A stretch of 64,000 bases of DNA from positions 6,861,853 to 6,925,852 of the forward strand of contig NC_057759.1 in NCBI RefSeq assembly GCF_004010195.1. Reading direction: 5' to 3'. The DNA is from Chiloscyllium plagiosum (taxonomy: Eukaryota). The first letter of the stretch is position 1. Each line of letters begins with the position of its first letter. The translations under genes and the position numbers were made by a program. Shown here in pieces: positions 51,541-61,899 of this stretch. The notes under the pieces were generated by a model. That model ran no database searches. It had not been told where the DNA came from and saw only the letters and a program-made list of their open reading frames with translations.

Positions 51541-53880
51541 CTTAACTGAAGTGAGTCTTCTCGAACAAAATACTGTTTAGATGTGGAGTAAACTGCATAA
51601 AAGCGGAGCTGAATTCGTGACAAGACAATATGCCAACTGGTTAAGCTTTTGGAAATAGAGTGGCAGTGTGCTTGCTGACAGCATGAGAGTGAAAGCATCA
51701 CACATTTTGAGGCATGAGCAAGCAAGTCAGGCTATAAACATAAACATTTCTGACCTTGGTAAGGAGGACAGCACGCCTTAGAAATATAAACACTGATTAA
51801 AATCCGAGGACACACCTGCAAAGTATTTGAACAAGTTCACCCTTGTGAGGAACATTTTTGTCAGTGAAGGGAAGAAGGCCGCTTTATCTTTGCCAATAGT
51901 GAACTATGTCAAAATAAGGACTTTTTTGGACTTCCAATAATCGATCTTCAGGTATGCAGCAGTATTAGAAGAAATAACACCAAAAATGAGCTAGAGTCAC
52001 AGCGAATTGAATTGTGTTTCGATAAATAAAATAATAGTCTGGTTTATTTATTAGATATTTCTTGTTTGTTGAAGAAAATGTCGATACAAACCGCCATCAA
52101 GCATCTCCACTAGAAACGAGGGAAATACTAGAAAAAGAAAACAATATATGATTAAATTATATATGTGATTAAACCATCGGTTTGAGATCAGAGAGAATGC
52201 ATAATATTCTTTCAAGAAATTTGCTATCATTGCTGGGTAATCGTCAATTGCCATTCAGAAACTTGTAGCATGCAACCTTCCTGGACAACTATTGTTAAGT
52301 GTGATGCAGCGATGCCAGAAGGAAAGAAAAGGGAATATTTTAAGGATTTTGACTCAGTTACACTGAAAAAAACATTCGATATTTTCCCAAGTACCGATGA
52401 TGTGTGTCTTGGACTCTACATTCAAGTGTTGCTCTTTTAAAATACTTATTCTCCTTGTTTTCTAACTGGCAGTCACCACCTGTATGGAGGACCCAGGAAA
52501 GAGGATGAGCAAAGAAGTTTATTTTCCCTTATACGACAAGATGTCATAATTGTGCATTAAAAATGTGGTTATTTACTACAAAGGTTAGGAGTAGATTATT
52601 CTCTTATAATTCTGTGAGTCTTTGGGAATGCTTTGTCACCGAGATGGGTAGATGAATCATTCCAGATTAAGCGTAACATTACAGTGTTACTGATATAAAC
52701 TCCTTGAAATCTGCCCATTGCACTTTACATCTGTAACCGTACCGATGTCCAGGGAATATGGTCACTACGAACTTCTAAAGTGCAACTAATGGTGTTTGCG
52801 TCACTCGACATTATAAACCAGCTGTCCAGATGCATTAACACCACATAGTTTCATGCACGGGCAGTGCATATTAGATTGTAGCCATGAACATTTTTGAGTT
52901 TTGCAGTGATCACAGCAGTTTGTAGAATTGGAATGATGACCAATACGCCTGGTAAAACAGATAAAATACCTGAAGAAGAAACCTGTGGGAAAGAAAATTA
53001 TTTGACAATCGAAAATTATAAGGTACCTTTTCTTAAATTGGACTAGGTGAAACTGAGCTGATTTGGCAAAGAACTTTTCCACAGTCCTCTCAATAATCGA
53101 TCTTGAGACGTTCATTATTAACGAAAATCCGAAACGACGTTAAGTCAAAGAAATAGTAAATGCATTTGGATTAAGAATAATCAGTCAGGGTCGAGAAATA
53201 GATGTCATATTTTATTTTTTCGTATGAAAAGGTTCAGCAGATGGCTGGGATATATAATGAATGAAGGCACACAATGTGATCATTCATAGTAACACCATCC
53301 ACAGATTGTACTTATAGAATATAGAAAGCATGCCATTGCTTTCCATCCATGCTTTTTGGATTGCCCTTGGATAGGCCATCATGAGCCATGTTCTTAAATC
53401 ACTGACGTCCATAAAGCTAAGGGTCGCCAATAGTGCTATTCTTGAGTGAGTGATATCTTGAAATAGCAACTCTGAAGGAGATCCAAAATACTGGTACTTT
53501 AGAAAGGCGTGTGACTGGAGACCATATTCAAGTTGTTATGATCAGTGTATCTGCAGTCTCAAAAATATAATCACTGGTCTAGATGATTAAGAATTAAAGG
53601 TTAAATGCTAATTTATAATAGCAATTAACAATGGATGGAAAATAGGTGAAAAACAGGCTTCGTGTAAAATCATCTTGTTTGCCTCTCAATTAACTGCTAT
53701 GACTTTGCTTGTGATTGGGAACAGATGTTTGTGCAAAGACATTGTACATCTTTTTCACGGATTAATTTTTTTCAAAATTATTTTCAGAGATCGCAGTGCA
53801 GCACATAATATCAGATTCAGAAAAAAATTAACATTGTAAACATTTCTAGCTCAACGGGACATTTCATCATGCGATTTTAG

Positions 53881-54000
53881 CAAGAACGGGCGAGGGACAT
53901 TTTGCACAATCTGCAACGGATTTCTGGACTGGTGCTGTCGAAACTGAGCGAGATATTCAAGTGCCAACTGTCATCCCGGAACACCGGATGGGAGTGGGCG
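53881..54000 (+). CDS. Candidate 120-nt exon of unknown gene
   Basis: gattttAG|120 nt|GTGAGA; a GC/CpG-richer island in AT-rich flanks; open in phase 0 and phase 1 (xRTGEGHFAQSATDFWTGAVETERDIQVPTVIPEHRMGVG). Confidence 0.4.
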
Positions 54001-54569
54001 GTGAGACTCCCTTCTGTAATATGTCTAAGGTAGTTTAAGCTAACCGATTCAATCATGAGTTTCCATATATCTGAATTAGATATTTGCTTTAAGTCAAAGT
54101 GCACGTGTATTCTTGTATTCATTTTAATTAAACCTTAAAGAGTTTGTGAGACACTTTCAACCTAACAATAAAACATCCGCTGTTCTTGTCCTTCTAGAAA
54201 GTCTTTACACTATGTACAGAGTTCGCTTCGAGTAAATATGGAGTTCTTTCCGCTTGTTGAGGATTCACATTTAATGACATAGCAAACTCGATGGGCAGAA
54301 TTGCCGACTTCTGCTTCGACAACTTGTTTTTTTCATGGAATTATGGAATAGTACAGACAGCGTTTAATCACCTTTTTCATGCTTCTGCATCTCATTATGT
54401 GTCATCAATTTGCTTTTGAAACTGATACCCACGTTTCACTGCCATAGACTCAGACTTTTACAAACTATATTATTGATTTAAATAGAGGCATATACATTAA
54501 TTTGCTGAAATCTAATGGTAAACCAAACTAGTTAGAAAGACAAAAGTTGGGTGGGAAAAAAGGTTCTAA

Positions 54570-56812
54570 AACAATAGAATTTCTGGAGATACCTGAATGG
54601 ATGCCAACGTGACAGACGGTGAAAAATGCAGGGAAGTTGTCAAAGTACCCATTTCATTCCTGAGAAGGAAAATTAGATTACCATTTAAAATTGTGAAATT
54701 TGCAAGGGTTAAATTTGAAAGAGTCTTGTGGTTTGTCAGAGGTGCAGCAAAGTACGTTTGCTAAGAACATCGCAGCAAACAATTAGCGAGACAAATGGGA
54801 CATCTATGTTTATTGACAGGGATCTCAAGAATAGGACAAAAGAAGTCTGTTTAAGATGAAGAGGCTTCTTAATGAGGACACATCGGGGTATTAAGTGCAT
54901 TATTTTGTCTTTAATGGAATTGACTTGTTTGGAGTATAGCATATGTTCATACACTATTGCTTTTTATGGGCGAGGTTAAACCTATTGGGACTCATTAGCA
55001 TTTAGAAGAATGAGGTGTGACTTCACTCAAACATAATGGATTCTTCAGGGGCGTGACAGTTAAATAATGAAAGGCTGTTCCACACGTGGTCGGAGTCTCC
55101 GACCAGTGGGCATAATCTTAGGGTATCAAGTTAAGACTGTGTGGATGAGGAATATCATATCTCAGAGCATCGTAAATCTTTGGAACTCCTTGCTACAAAG
55201 AGCTGTGGGGGCGAAGCCTTATTTATTTTTAAGGCTGTGATAGATCTTTGGTCAGTAGGGCAATCAAAGGTTACGGCAAAAGGGCAGGAAATTGGATGTG
55301 AGAAATGTTGGATCAGCCATGATAGAATACATTTCAGAAGCAAGCTCAAGAGGCAGAACTGCTTCTAATTCTAATATTATTTGGATGTCAGATTGACTGG
55401 TTAGGAGAAGTTTGTTAAATTGGATTAATACCCCATGGAATTTAGAAGAATTAGAAGTGATCTCATTTATATATGAAGGGGCACAGACAATATGACTACT
55501 GATGCTTTATTATGTTGATTACAGAATCCATAATTTGGGTATAGAGTCTCGGCATAAGGAACTGATCTTTTTTTTACTTAAATCACTTCAATCAAAATGT
55601 TAGGAATCTTGCAAACTTTCAACTACAAATAACTGTAAATGCTCTGAAGCAATATGTAACATGCTCTGGATGAATCTATAAAACGTGTTGCTTTAAAATA
55701 GCTCAATGCGCATCACATGGAATTGCATCCGAAGCAAAAGTTGCAGGTATCATAGTAAGTTTTCTAAACTTAATTTAACAGAAGTGAGTTGCGTCAAACA
55801 GTGCGGTTTTGGAGTGGAATGAAATGCCTAAAATGGACATCTTTACTATTTGCAAGATGGAGAACAAACGTGTTGACCTTCCAGGAGCTGAGTGTTAAAG
55901 TGGGAAATGTTTTGATAAGAGTATTAACATCACAATTTTGAGGCATGAATAAAGCCTCTGAGATTTAAAGGTTAATGTTTCTGACCTTTATATTGTAGAG
56001 AGTAGACATGAAAAATCTGGACACCAGACAAAACGAAGAAATTCATGAAACAGCTTTAGTGAGGTTGCAGAGGAGATTTACAAGGATGCTGCCTGAATTG
56101 GAGGGCTTCCCTTATGAAGGGAAGTTGAGTGAACTTAGGCTATTCACACAAGAGAGAATAATTTTAGATTAGGTTCTTTACAGTATGGAAACAGTCCCTT
56201 TGGCACAACAAGTCAACACTGACCCTCTGAAGACTAACCTACCTAGCCCCATATATGCCCTTGACTAATGCAGCTAACACTATGGGCAAATTAGCATGGC
56301 AAATTCACCTGGCCTGCACATCATTGCGTTGTGGGAGGAAACCCACACACACAAAAAGGGAGAATGTGTAAATCCACACGGATGGTCACCTGAGGTGGGA
56401 ACTCAGGTCCATATTGCTGTGAGGTCGGAGTATAACCACTGACTCACCGTATCACCCCAGTGACCTGATGGAAGTGTACAAGGTAATAAGGTGAATATAC
56501 AGATAAGATAGCCAGAGATGTTTCCCCCTGCCAGAAATGGCTGTCACGTGGGGTCATACTTTTAAGCTGATTGGAGAATGGTATTGGGAGATGTCAGAGT
56601 TAGTTTGTCTTTGCAGAGAGTGGTGGATGGTTGGAATGCAGTGCCAGCACTGTAGTATAGACAAAGACATTAGGAACATTTAAGCGACTGCTGTACAAGC
56701 ACATGGACGAAAGTAAATGTTGGGGTGTTAAGGTTAGGTTGATCTTAGATTAAAATAGATGCTCGGCGCAGTAACGTGGGCTGACGGGCCTATACTGTCC
56801 TGTAATGTTCTA
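54570..56812 (+). mobile_element. Degenerate CR1 3' fragments
   Basis: Repeated TTTAGAAGAATGAG..TGA motif, GCAGAGGAGATTTACAAGGATGCTGCCTG and a 3' UTR ending TGTAATGTTCTA. Confidence 0.7.
56162..56460 (-). mobile_element. Older HE1-type SINE
   Basis: Diverged head, V-domain and tail; inserted in a CR1. Confidence 0.8.
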
Positions 56813-56910
56813 GGAGGAAAAAGTGAGGTCTGCAGATGCTGGAGATCAGAGCTGAAAATGTGTTGCTGGAACAGCGCAGCAGGTCAGGCAGCATCCAGGG
56901 AACAGGAGAA

Positions 56911-56942
56911 TCGACGTTTCGGGCATAAGCCCTTCTTCAGGA
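56911..56942 (-). ncRNA. Minimal hammerhead ribozyme motif
   Basis: Reverse complement TC-CTGAAGA-A-GGGC-TTAT-GCCC-GAAA-CGTC-GA: intact core, 4-bp helix II and ACGT palindrome. Confidence 0.75.
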
Positions 56943-57009
56943 ATGAGGAAAGTGTGTCCAGCAGGCTAAGATAAAAGGTAGGGAGGAGGGACTTGGGGGA
57001 GGGGCGTTG

Positions 57010-57720
57010 NNNNNNNNNNNNNNNNNNNNNNNNNNNNNNNNNNNNNNNNNNNNNNNNNNNNNNNNNNNNNNNNNNNNNNNNNNNNNNNNNNNNNNNNNNN
57101 NNNNNNNNNNNNNNNNNNNNNNNNNNNNNNNNNNNNNNNNNNNNNNNNNNNNNNNNNNNNNNNNNNNNNNNNNNNNNNNNNNNNNNNNNNNNNNNNNNNN
57201 NNNNNNNNNNNNNNNNNNNNNNNNNNNNNNNNNNNNNNNNNNNNNNNNNNNNNNNNNNNNNNNNNNNNNNNNNNNNNNNNNNNNNNNNNNNNNNNNNNNN
57301 NNNNNNNNNNNNNNNNNNNNNNNNNNNNNNNNNNNNNNNNNNNNNNNNNNNNNNNNNNNNNNNNNNNNNNNNNNNNNNNNNNNNNNNNNNNNNNNNNNNN
57401 NNNNNNNNNNNNNNNNNNNNNNNNNNNNNNNNNNNNNNNNNNNNNNNNNNNNNNNNNNNNNNNNNNNNNNNNNNNNNNNNNNNNNNNNNNNNNNNNNNNN
57501 NNNNNNNNNNNNNNNNNNNNNNNNNNNNNNNNNNNNNNNNNNNNNNNNNNNNNNNNNNNNNNNNNNNNNNNNNNNNNNNNNNNNNNNNNNNNNNNNNNNN
57601 NNNNNNNNNNNNNNNNNNNNNNNNNNNNNNNNNNNNNNNNNNNNNNNNNNNNNNNNNNNNNNNNNNNNNNNNNNNNNNNNNNNNNNNNNNNNNNNNNNNN
57701 NNNNNNNNNNNNNNNNNNNN
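57010..57720. other. Assembly gap (N run)
   Basis: 711 N bases. Confidence 1.
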
Positions 57721-58830
57721 CGAAGGAATTGTGAGAATGGGATGGCGTTTTTACAGGGGGCAGGGTGGGAGGAGGTGTAGTCCAGGTAGCTGTGGGAGTC
57801 GGTCGGTTTGTAGTAGATGTCCGTGTTGATTCGGTCGCCTGAGATAGAAATAGAAAGGTCGAAGAAGGGGAGGGAGGAATCTGAGACTGTCCAGGTGAAT
57901 TTAAGGTCGGGGTGGATGGTGTTGGTGAAGTGGATGAACTGTTCAACCTCCTCGTGGGGATGAACTGTTCAACCGCCTCATGTAATGTTCTATGTTGTTT
58001 ATCTAGAGCAAATATCAAGCAAACAGTGATTAAAGTACATTGTGTCTATTTATATATTTATTATTTTTGAAATGAGTATGTAATTCCACCTTGAATAAAA
58101 TAAATTAAACAACATCTAAAAAAAACGCTGCTGTAAACGAACAGAAGGATTTGGTATATACTCAATTACGTACACAATTACAAGACAATTAATCCAATTT
58201 TAAAAAATCTTTTAGCGTTCAGTTTAACATGACCTCATAACTCAATAACGAAATGTCCTAAATTACGATCAATTTTACACACATTTTGAGAGAATTTAAG
58301 ATTGTTAGTAAAGCCATGGATATTTGGTTTTATAAGATCTGGCCTTAAAAAAAAGGTGCATCAAAGGAGAGGATACTTTTAAAGTCGTTATTATTTCCTG
58401 TTCACAATTATAAAGCCCTTTGTCAAAGGAAATCAACAAATATCCTTTGAAATTTACCTAAGTGACGTATGTTATTAAGTTATTTTGCAGAACATTGCCC
58501 ATACTGTGAGCAGAACCATAACTCTTTTCACTGGTGATAGAAAGGCATTGAGAACAATACCTCTTCATTAAGTCAACATTAAGCCCAGCACATGACCCTC
58601 GACTGCCAACCCCTCGAATGAGGAAAATCTGAGATTCCTGTTCATATCTGTCTACTTGGCCACGATTACGATTGACTACGATTAACAGACCCCATCAGGG
58701 AATCCATATTCAATGAGATCCACCTGACCAACTCCGTTCTAATCACTACAACTGCAAGTCCGTTTGTTTTTTTTTTCAATTTCATTGATGTGACACGGTC
58801 ATTGTTGGCTGACCAATATTTATTGCCATA

Positions 58831-59190
58831 GGCGAAAGTGAAGATGCAGATGCTGGAGATCAGAGTCAAGATTAGAGTGGTGCTGGAAAAGTACAGCCGT
58901 TCAGTCAGCATCCAAGAAGCAGGAAAATCGACATTTTGGGCAGGAGCCCTTCAACGGGAATGAAGCTGGGAGACTCCGGGGGGAAAGATAAATGGGAGGG
59001 GGTGGGGTTAGGTAGAAGCTAGCTAAGGCTGCAATAGGTGGATGGAGGTGGGGATGAACGTGATAACTTGGATAGGCGAGAGGAGTAGATAGGTAGGAAG
59101 GAAGTTTGGCAGGTAGGGCAGGTCATGAGGATAGTGCTGAGCTGGCAGGTTGGAGATGGGGTAAGCGATGGAGGGGAAATAAGGAAACTG
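58831..59190 (-). mobile_element. Older Penelope 3' terminal fragment (family 1-related)
   Basis: AAAGTGAAGATGCAGATGCTGGAGATCAGAG..GCTGGAAAAG..AATCGACATTTTGGGCAGGAGCCCTTCAACGG (decayed hammerhead) plus a purine-rich UTR. Confidence 0.7.
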
Positions 59191-59194
59191 GTGT

Positions 59195-59760
59195 GTCTGG
59201 CTCGTAGAAGTGTAGAAAGTATTTGCACATTCAGCTATTGACAGAGCATATTGCTGCACTGATGAAAGAACTCGAGGACCTTAGGCTCATCCAAGAGAAC
59301 AAGTCATGATTTCCTAGTCTTGGGAATCTATGCGGTACTGTAGCCTTCAGCGACAGTACAATCTGCAACCTCATGGCCTAGCATTCCGCTAGCTCAATCG
59401 TTACCATTAAACCAGATAATCAAGCCTGGCTCATCGACAGTGCAGGAAGGCATACCAGGGCAGAACCAGGAAATCTAAAAAATGTTTAAACCTGGCCAAG
59501 TTACCAAACAGGACGCTTTGCATAGCAACAGCACGATCATTGAGCCATGCCACAAGAAACGGATCTTTGGAGGAAGATGATCCATAAATATAGTCATTCT
59601 CCATGATGGAAGAGCCCAACATATCAGTGCAAAAGGTGAGTCAAATGCATTTGTAACAATCGTCAACCAAAACATCGAAGTGGATGATCCATTTCAGCCT
59701 GTTCCAGTTATTGGAGCAATATAGATAACAGTTGTCAGCAAATTTGATTCACTCCAAGTA
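59195..59760 (+). mobile_element. Degenerate CR1/L2-clade LINE fragment
   Basis: Decayed ORF2-like sequence (CATGATGGAAGAGCCCAACATATCAGTGCAAAAG..GAAGTGGATGATCCAT). Confidence 0.55.
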
Positions 59761-59846
59761 ATATAACCTGTTCAAAGTTTGTGCTAAGATTTGTAGCTCG
59801 GGTGCTCGTTGTTGTGGTTCTGTTCGCAGAGCTGGAAGTTTTTGTT

Positions 59847-59886
59847 GCAAACGTTTCATCCCCTGGCTAGGCGACATCATCAGTGC
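59847..59886 (-). ncRNA. Minimal hammerhead motif (left arm)
   Basis: Reverse complement GCA-CTGATGA-TGTCGCCTAGCCAGGGGAT-GAAA-CGTT-TGC. Confidence 0.65.
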
Positions 59887-60376
59887 TTGGGAGCCTCCTG
59901 CGAAGCGCTCCTTTGATGTTTCCTCCGGTGTTTATAGTGGTCTGTCCCTGCCGCTTCCGGTTGTCAGTTTCAGCTGTCCGCTGTAGTGGTTGGTATATTG
60001 GGTCCAGGTCGATGTGTTTGTTGATGGAGTTTGTGGATGAATACCATGCCTCTAGGAATTCCCTGGCTGTCCTCTGTCTGGCTTGCCCTATGATAGTAGT
60101 GTTGTCCCAGTCAAATTCACACACACGCAGACAACAAGCAACATAAATTCGACTGGGACAACACTACTATAATAGGGCAAGCCAGACAGAGAACAGCCAG
60201 GGAATTCCTAGAGGCATGGCATTCATCCACAAACTCCATCAACAAACACATCGACCTGGACCCAATATACCAACCACTACAGCGGACAGCTGAAACTGAC
60301 AACCGGAAGCGGCAGGGACAGACCACTACAAACACCGGAGGAAACATCAAAGAAGCGCTTCGCAGGAGGCTCCCAA

Positions 60377-60416
60377 GCACTGATGATGTCGCCTAGCCAG
60401 GGGACGAAACGTTTGC
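60377..60416 (+). ncRNA. Minimal hammerhead motif (right arm)
   Basis: GCA-CTGATGA-TGTCGCCTAGCCAGGGGAC-GAAA-CGTT-TGC; GUU cleavage triplet. Confidence 0.72.
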
Positions 60417-60465
60417 AACAAAAACTTCCAGCTCGGCGAACAGAACCACAACAATATAACCTGTT

Positions 60466-60745
60466 GTGGGGAAACCTTTCGTTAGAACACGTTCATGCTG
60501 ACCAAATATCACATATAAACCAAGTCCGTTTTGATGTATATGGTCTACATCGCTTTAAACCCTTCGAATTCATACATCCATCTAAATGCCATTTAAACGT
60601 TGAAACTGTATCAGCTTACAACACTTACTTTGGCAGCTCATGCCATTCACACACCGCCCTCTGCGTGAAAAGAAGTTGTCCATTAGGTCCCTTTTAAGTC
60701 TTCCCATCTCAAACCTTAGTTTTGGACTTTCCCACCCCTCTCATG
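60466..60745 (-). mobile_element. CR1 3' end fragment
   Basis: Reverse complement of the CR1 C-terminus and 3' UTR (CCCTCTGCGTGAAAAGAAGTTGTCCATTAGGTCCCTTTTA). Confidence 0.7.
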
Positions 60746-61899
60746 AAAATTGCAAACTGAAAAGATATAGTAATGAAACCTCTATAGGGTTAGGATGGTT
60801 GAGAACAGTGTATTTAATAAACAATAAGCAACATGAATGCGAAATCTTCAAATAAAAAAAAAACAAATAGAGAAAATAAAGGTTAGTAACAGAATGATTT
60901 GATTACATCAGAAGCACTTTCCTTCAAAGAAACAAAAGTTTAAACATTGCCAGTACTAGGCGAAGGTGAGAACAGTAGATAAGTTTAAAATAAGCATGTT
61001 GACTTTAAAATTGTGCTGGTGGATTGCAGGGCAGTTTATTTCATAAATACATTCTGAATTGGAAGCGTTTTTCCTTGATTAAATATTATTATTGTTGCTG
61101 TCATCATTTGAGTCTGGAGGGTTTTTATTTTAATTTCATGGAATTATATTGAAGTGAATTAACATATGTACTTATTTCCTCAAACTTGGGGCACTTGGGA
61201 AATTACAACTGAAAGATACATAAAATCAGGTTATGTTGAGTTTTAAAAATTTAATAGGTCCACCTGTCAGAGAGGCAGACAGACAGACATATGTGATCAT
61301 TTTCCTTATTCTGTCGGTATTCTGAGGCCAAACAAACCTTATAAATTCATATGGGCCGGGCAGAGGTGATGATAATAGATTGTTAAGAAAGATATTTCTG
61401 TGAAGGCAAACTTGAAACAATGATTATATTAATGATCACTGGAAAATTGCGACGACACAGCAGGTTTTCAGACAAGGATATGAATCTTATTCAATTTGAT
61501 ACAGCGGATAAATTGAAGTAAATTGGAATCATTTCACTTAGGATGAAGAGTTTACCGGGAGATATACCAAAATTAAGCTCTTGTGAATAATGTTAGCCAG
61601 TTCATTTTGGCAAGATATATTACTTCCTTGATCTATCTAAGCTGAGATATTTCAAGGGGAAAATGACCCTTCTGTTGTAGTTATAATAAGTGACTTCAGT
61701 TATACACAGTTGATGGTGAAGTTATGAAGTTGATCATATCCTAGACCGAACCGATAAGTTGATTAATCTATTACCTCCTTTCCATTATTACATCAGAGGA
61801 ATATTCACAAATGAAATTACAGAGGCTTAAGCTGAAAAGTAGCAAGAAAAATACACATCACCAGAGTACCTCTTTCACAAACATAACCCGTTTCCAACA

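Larger units (their letters stand above)
56813..57980 (-). mobile_element. Young 5'-truncated Penelope-like element (family 1) spanning the assembly gap
   Basis: 57721-57956 reads HEEVEQFIHFTNTIHPDLKFTWTVSDSSLPFFDLSISISGDRINTDIYYKPTDSHSYLDYTSSHPAPCKNAIPFSQFL (PLE RT C-terminal region). Terminal hammerhead region at 56813-56945. 12-bp TSD TGTAATGTTCTA at 56801-56812 and 57981-57992. Confidence 0.9.
59773..60452. mobile_element. Penelope-like inverted-repeat insertion (family 3)
   Basis: Arms 59773-60118 (-) and ~60125-60452 (+) encode FDWDNTTIIGQARQRTAREFLEAWHSSTNSINKHIDLDPIYQPL; 13-bp TSD AATATAACCTGTT at 59760-59772 and 60453-60465. Confidence 0.93.

Noticed and set aside
56966..58018. Long ORFs of 257-350 aa in the ORF track
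   Set aside because: They are artifacts of the N gap. The Ser/Thr/Pro-rich text is an alternative frame of the Penelope RT.
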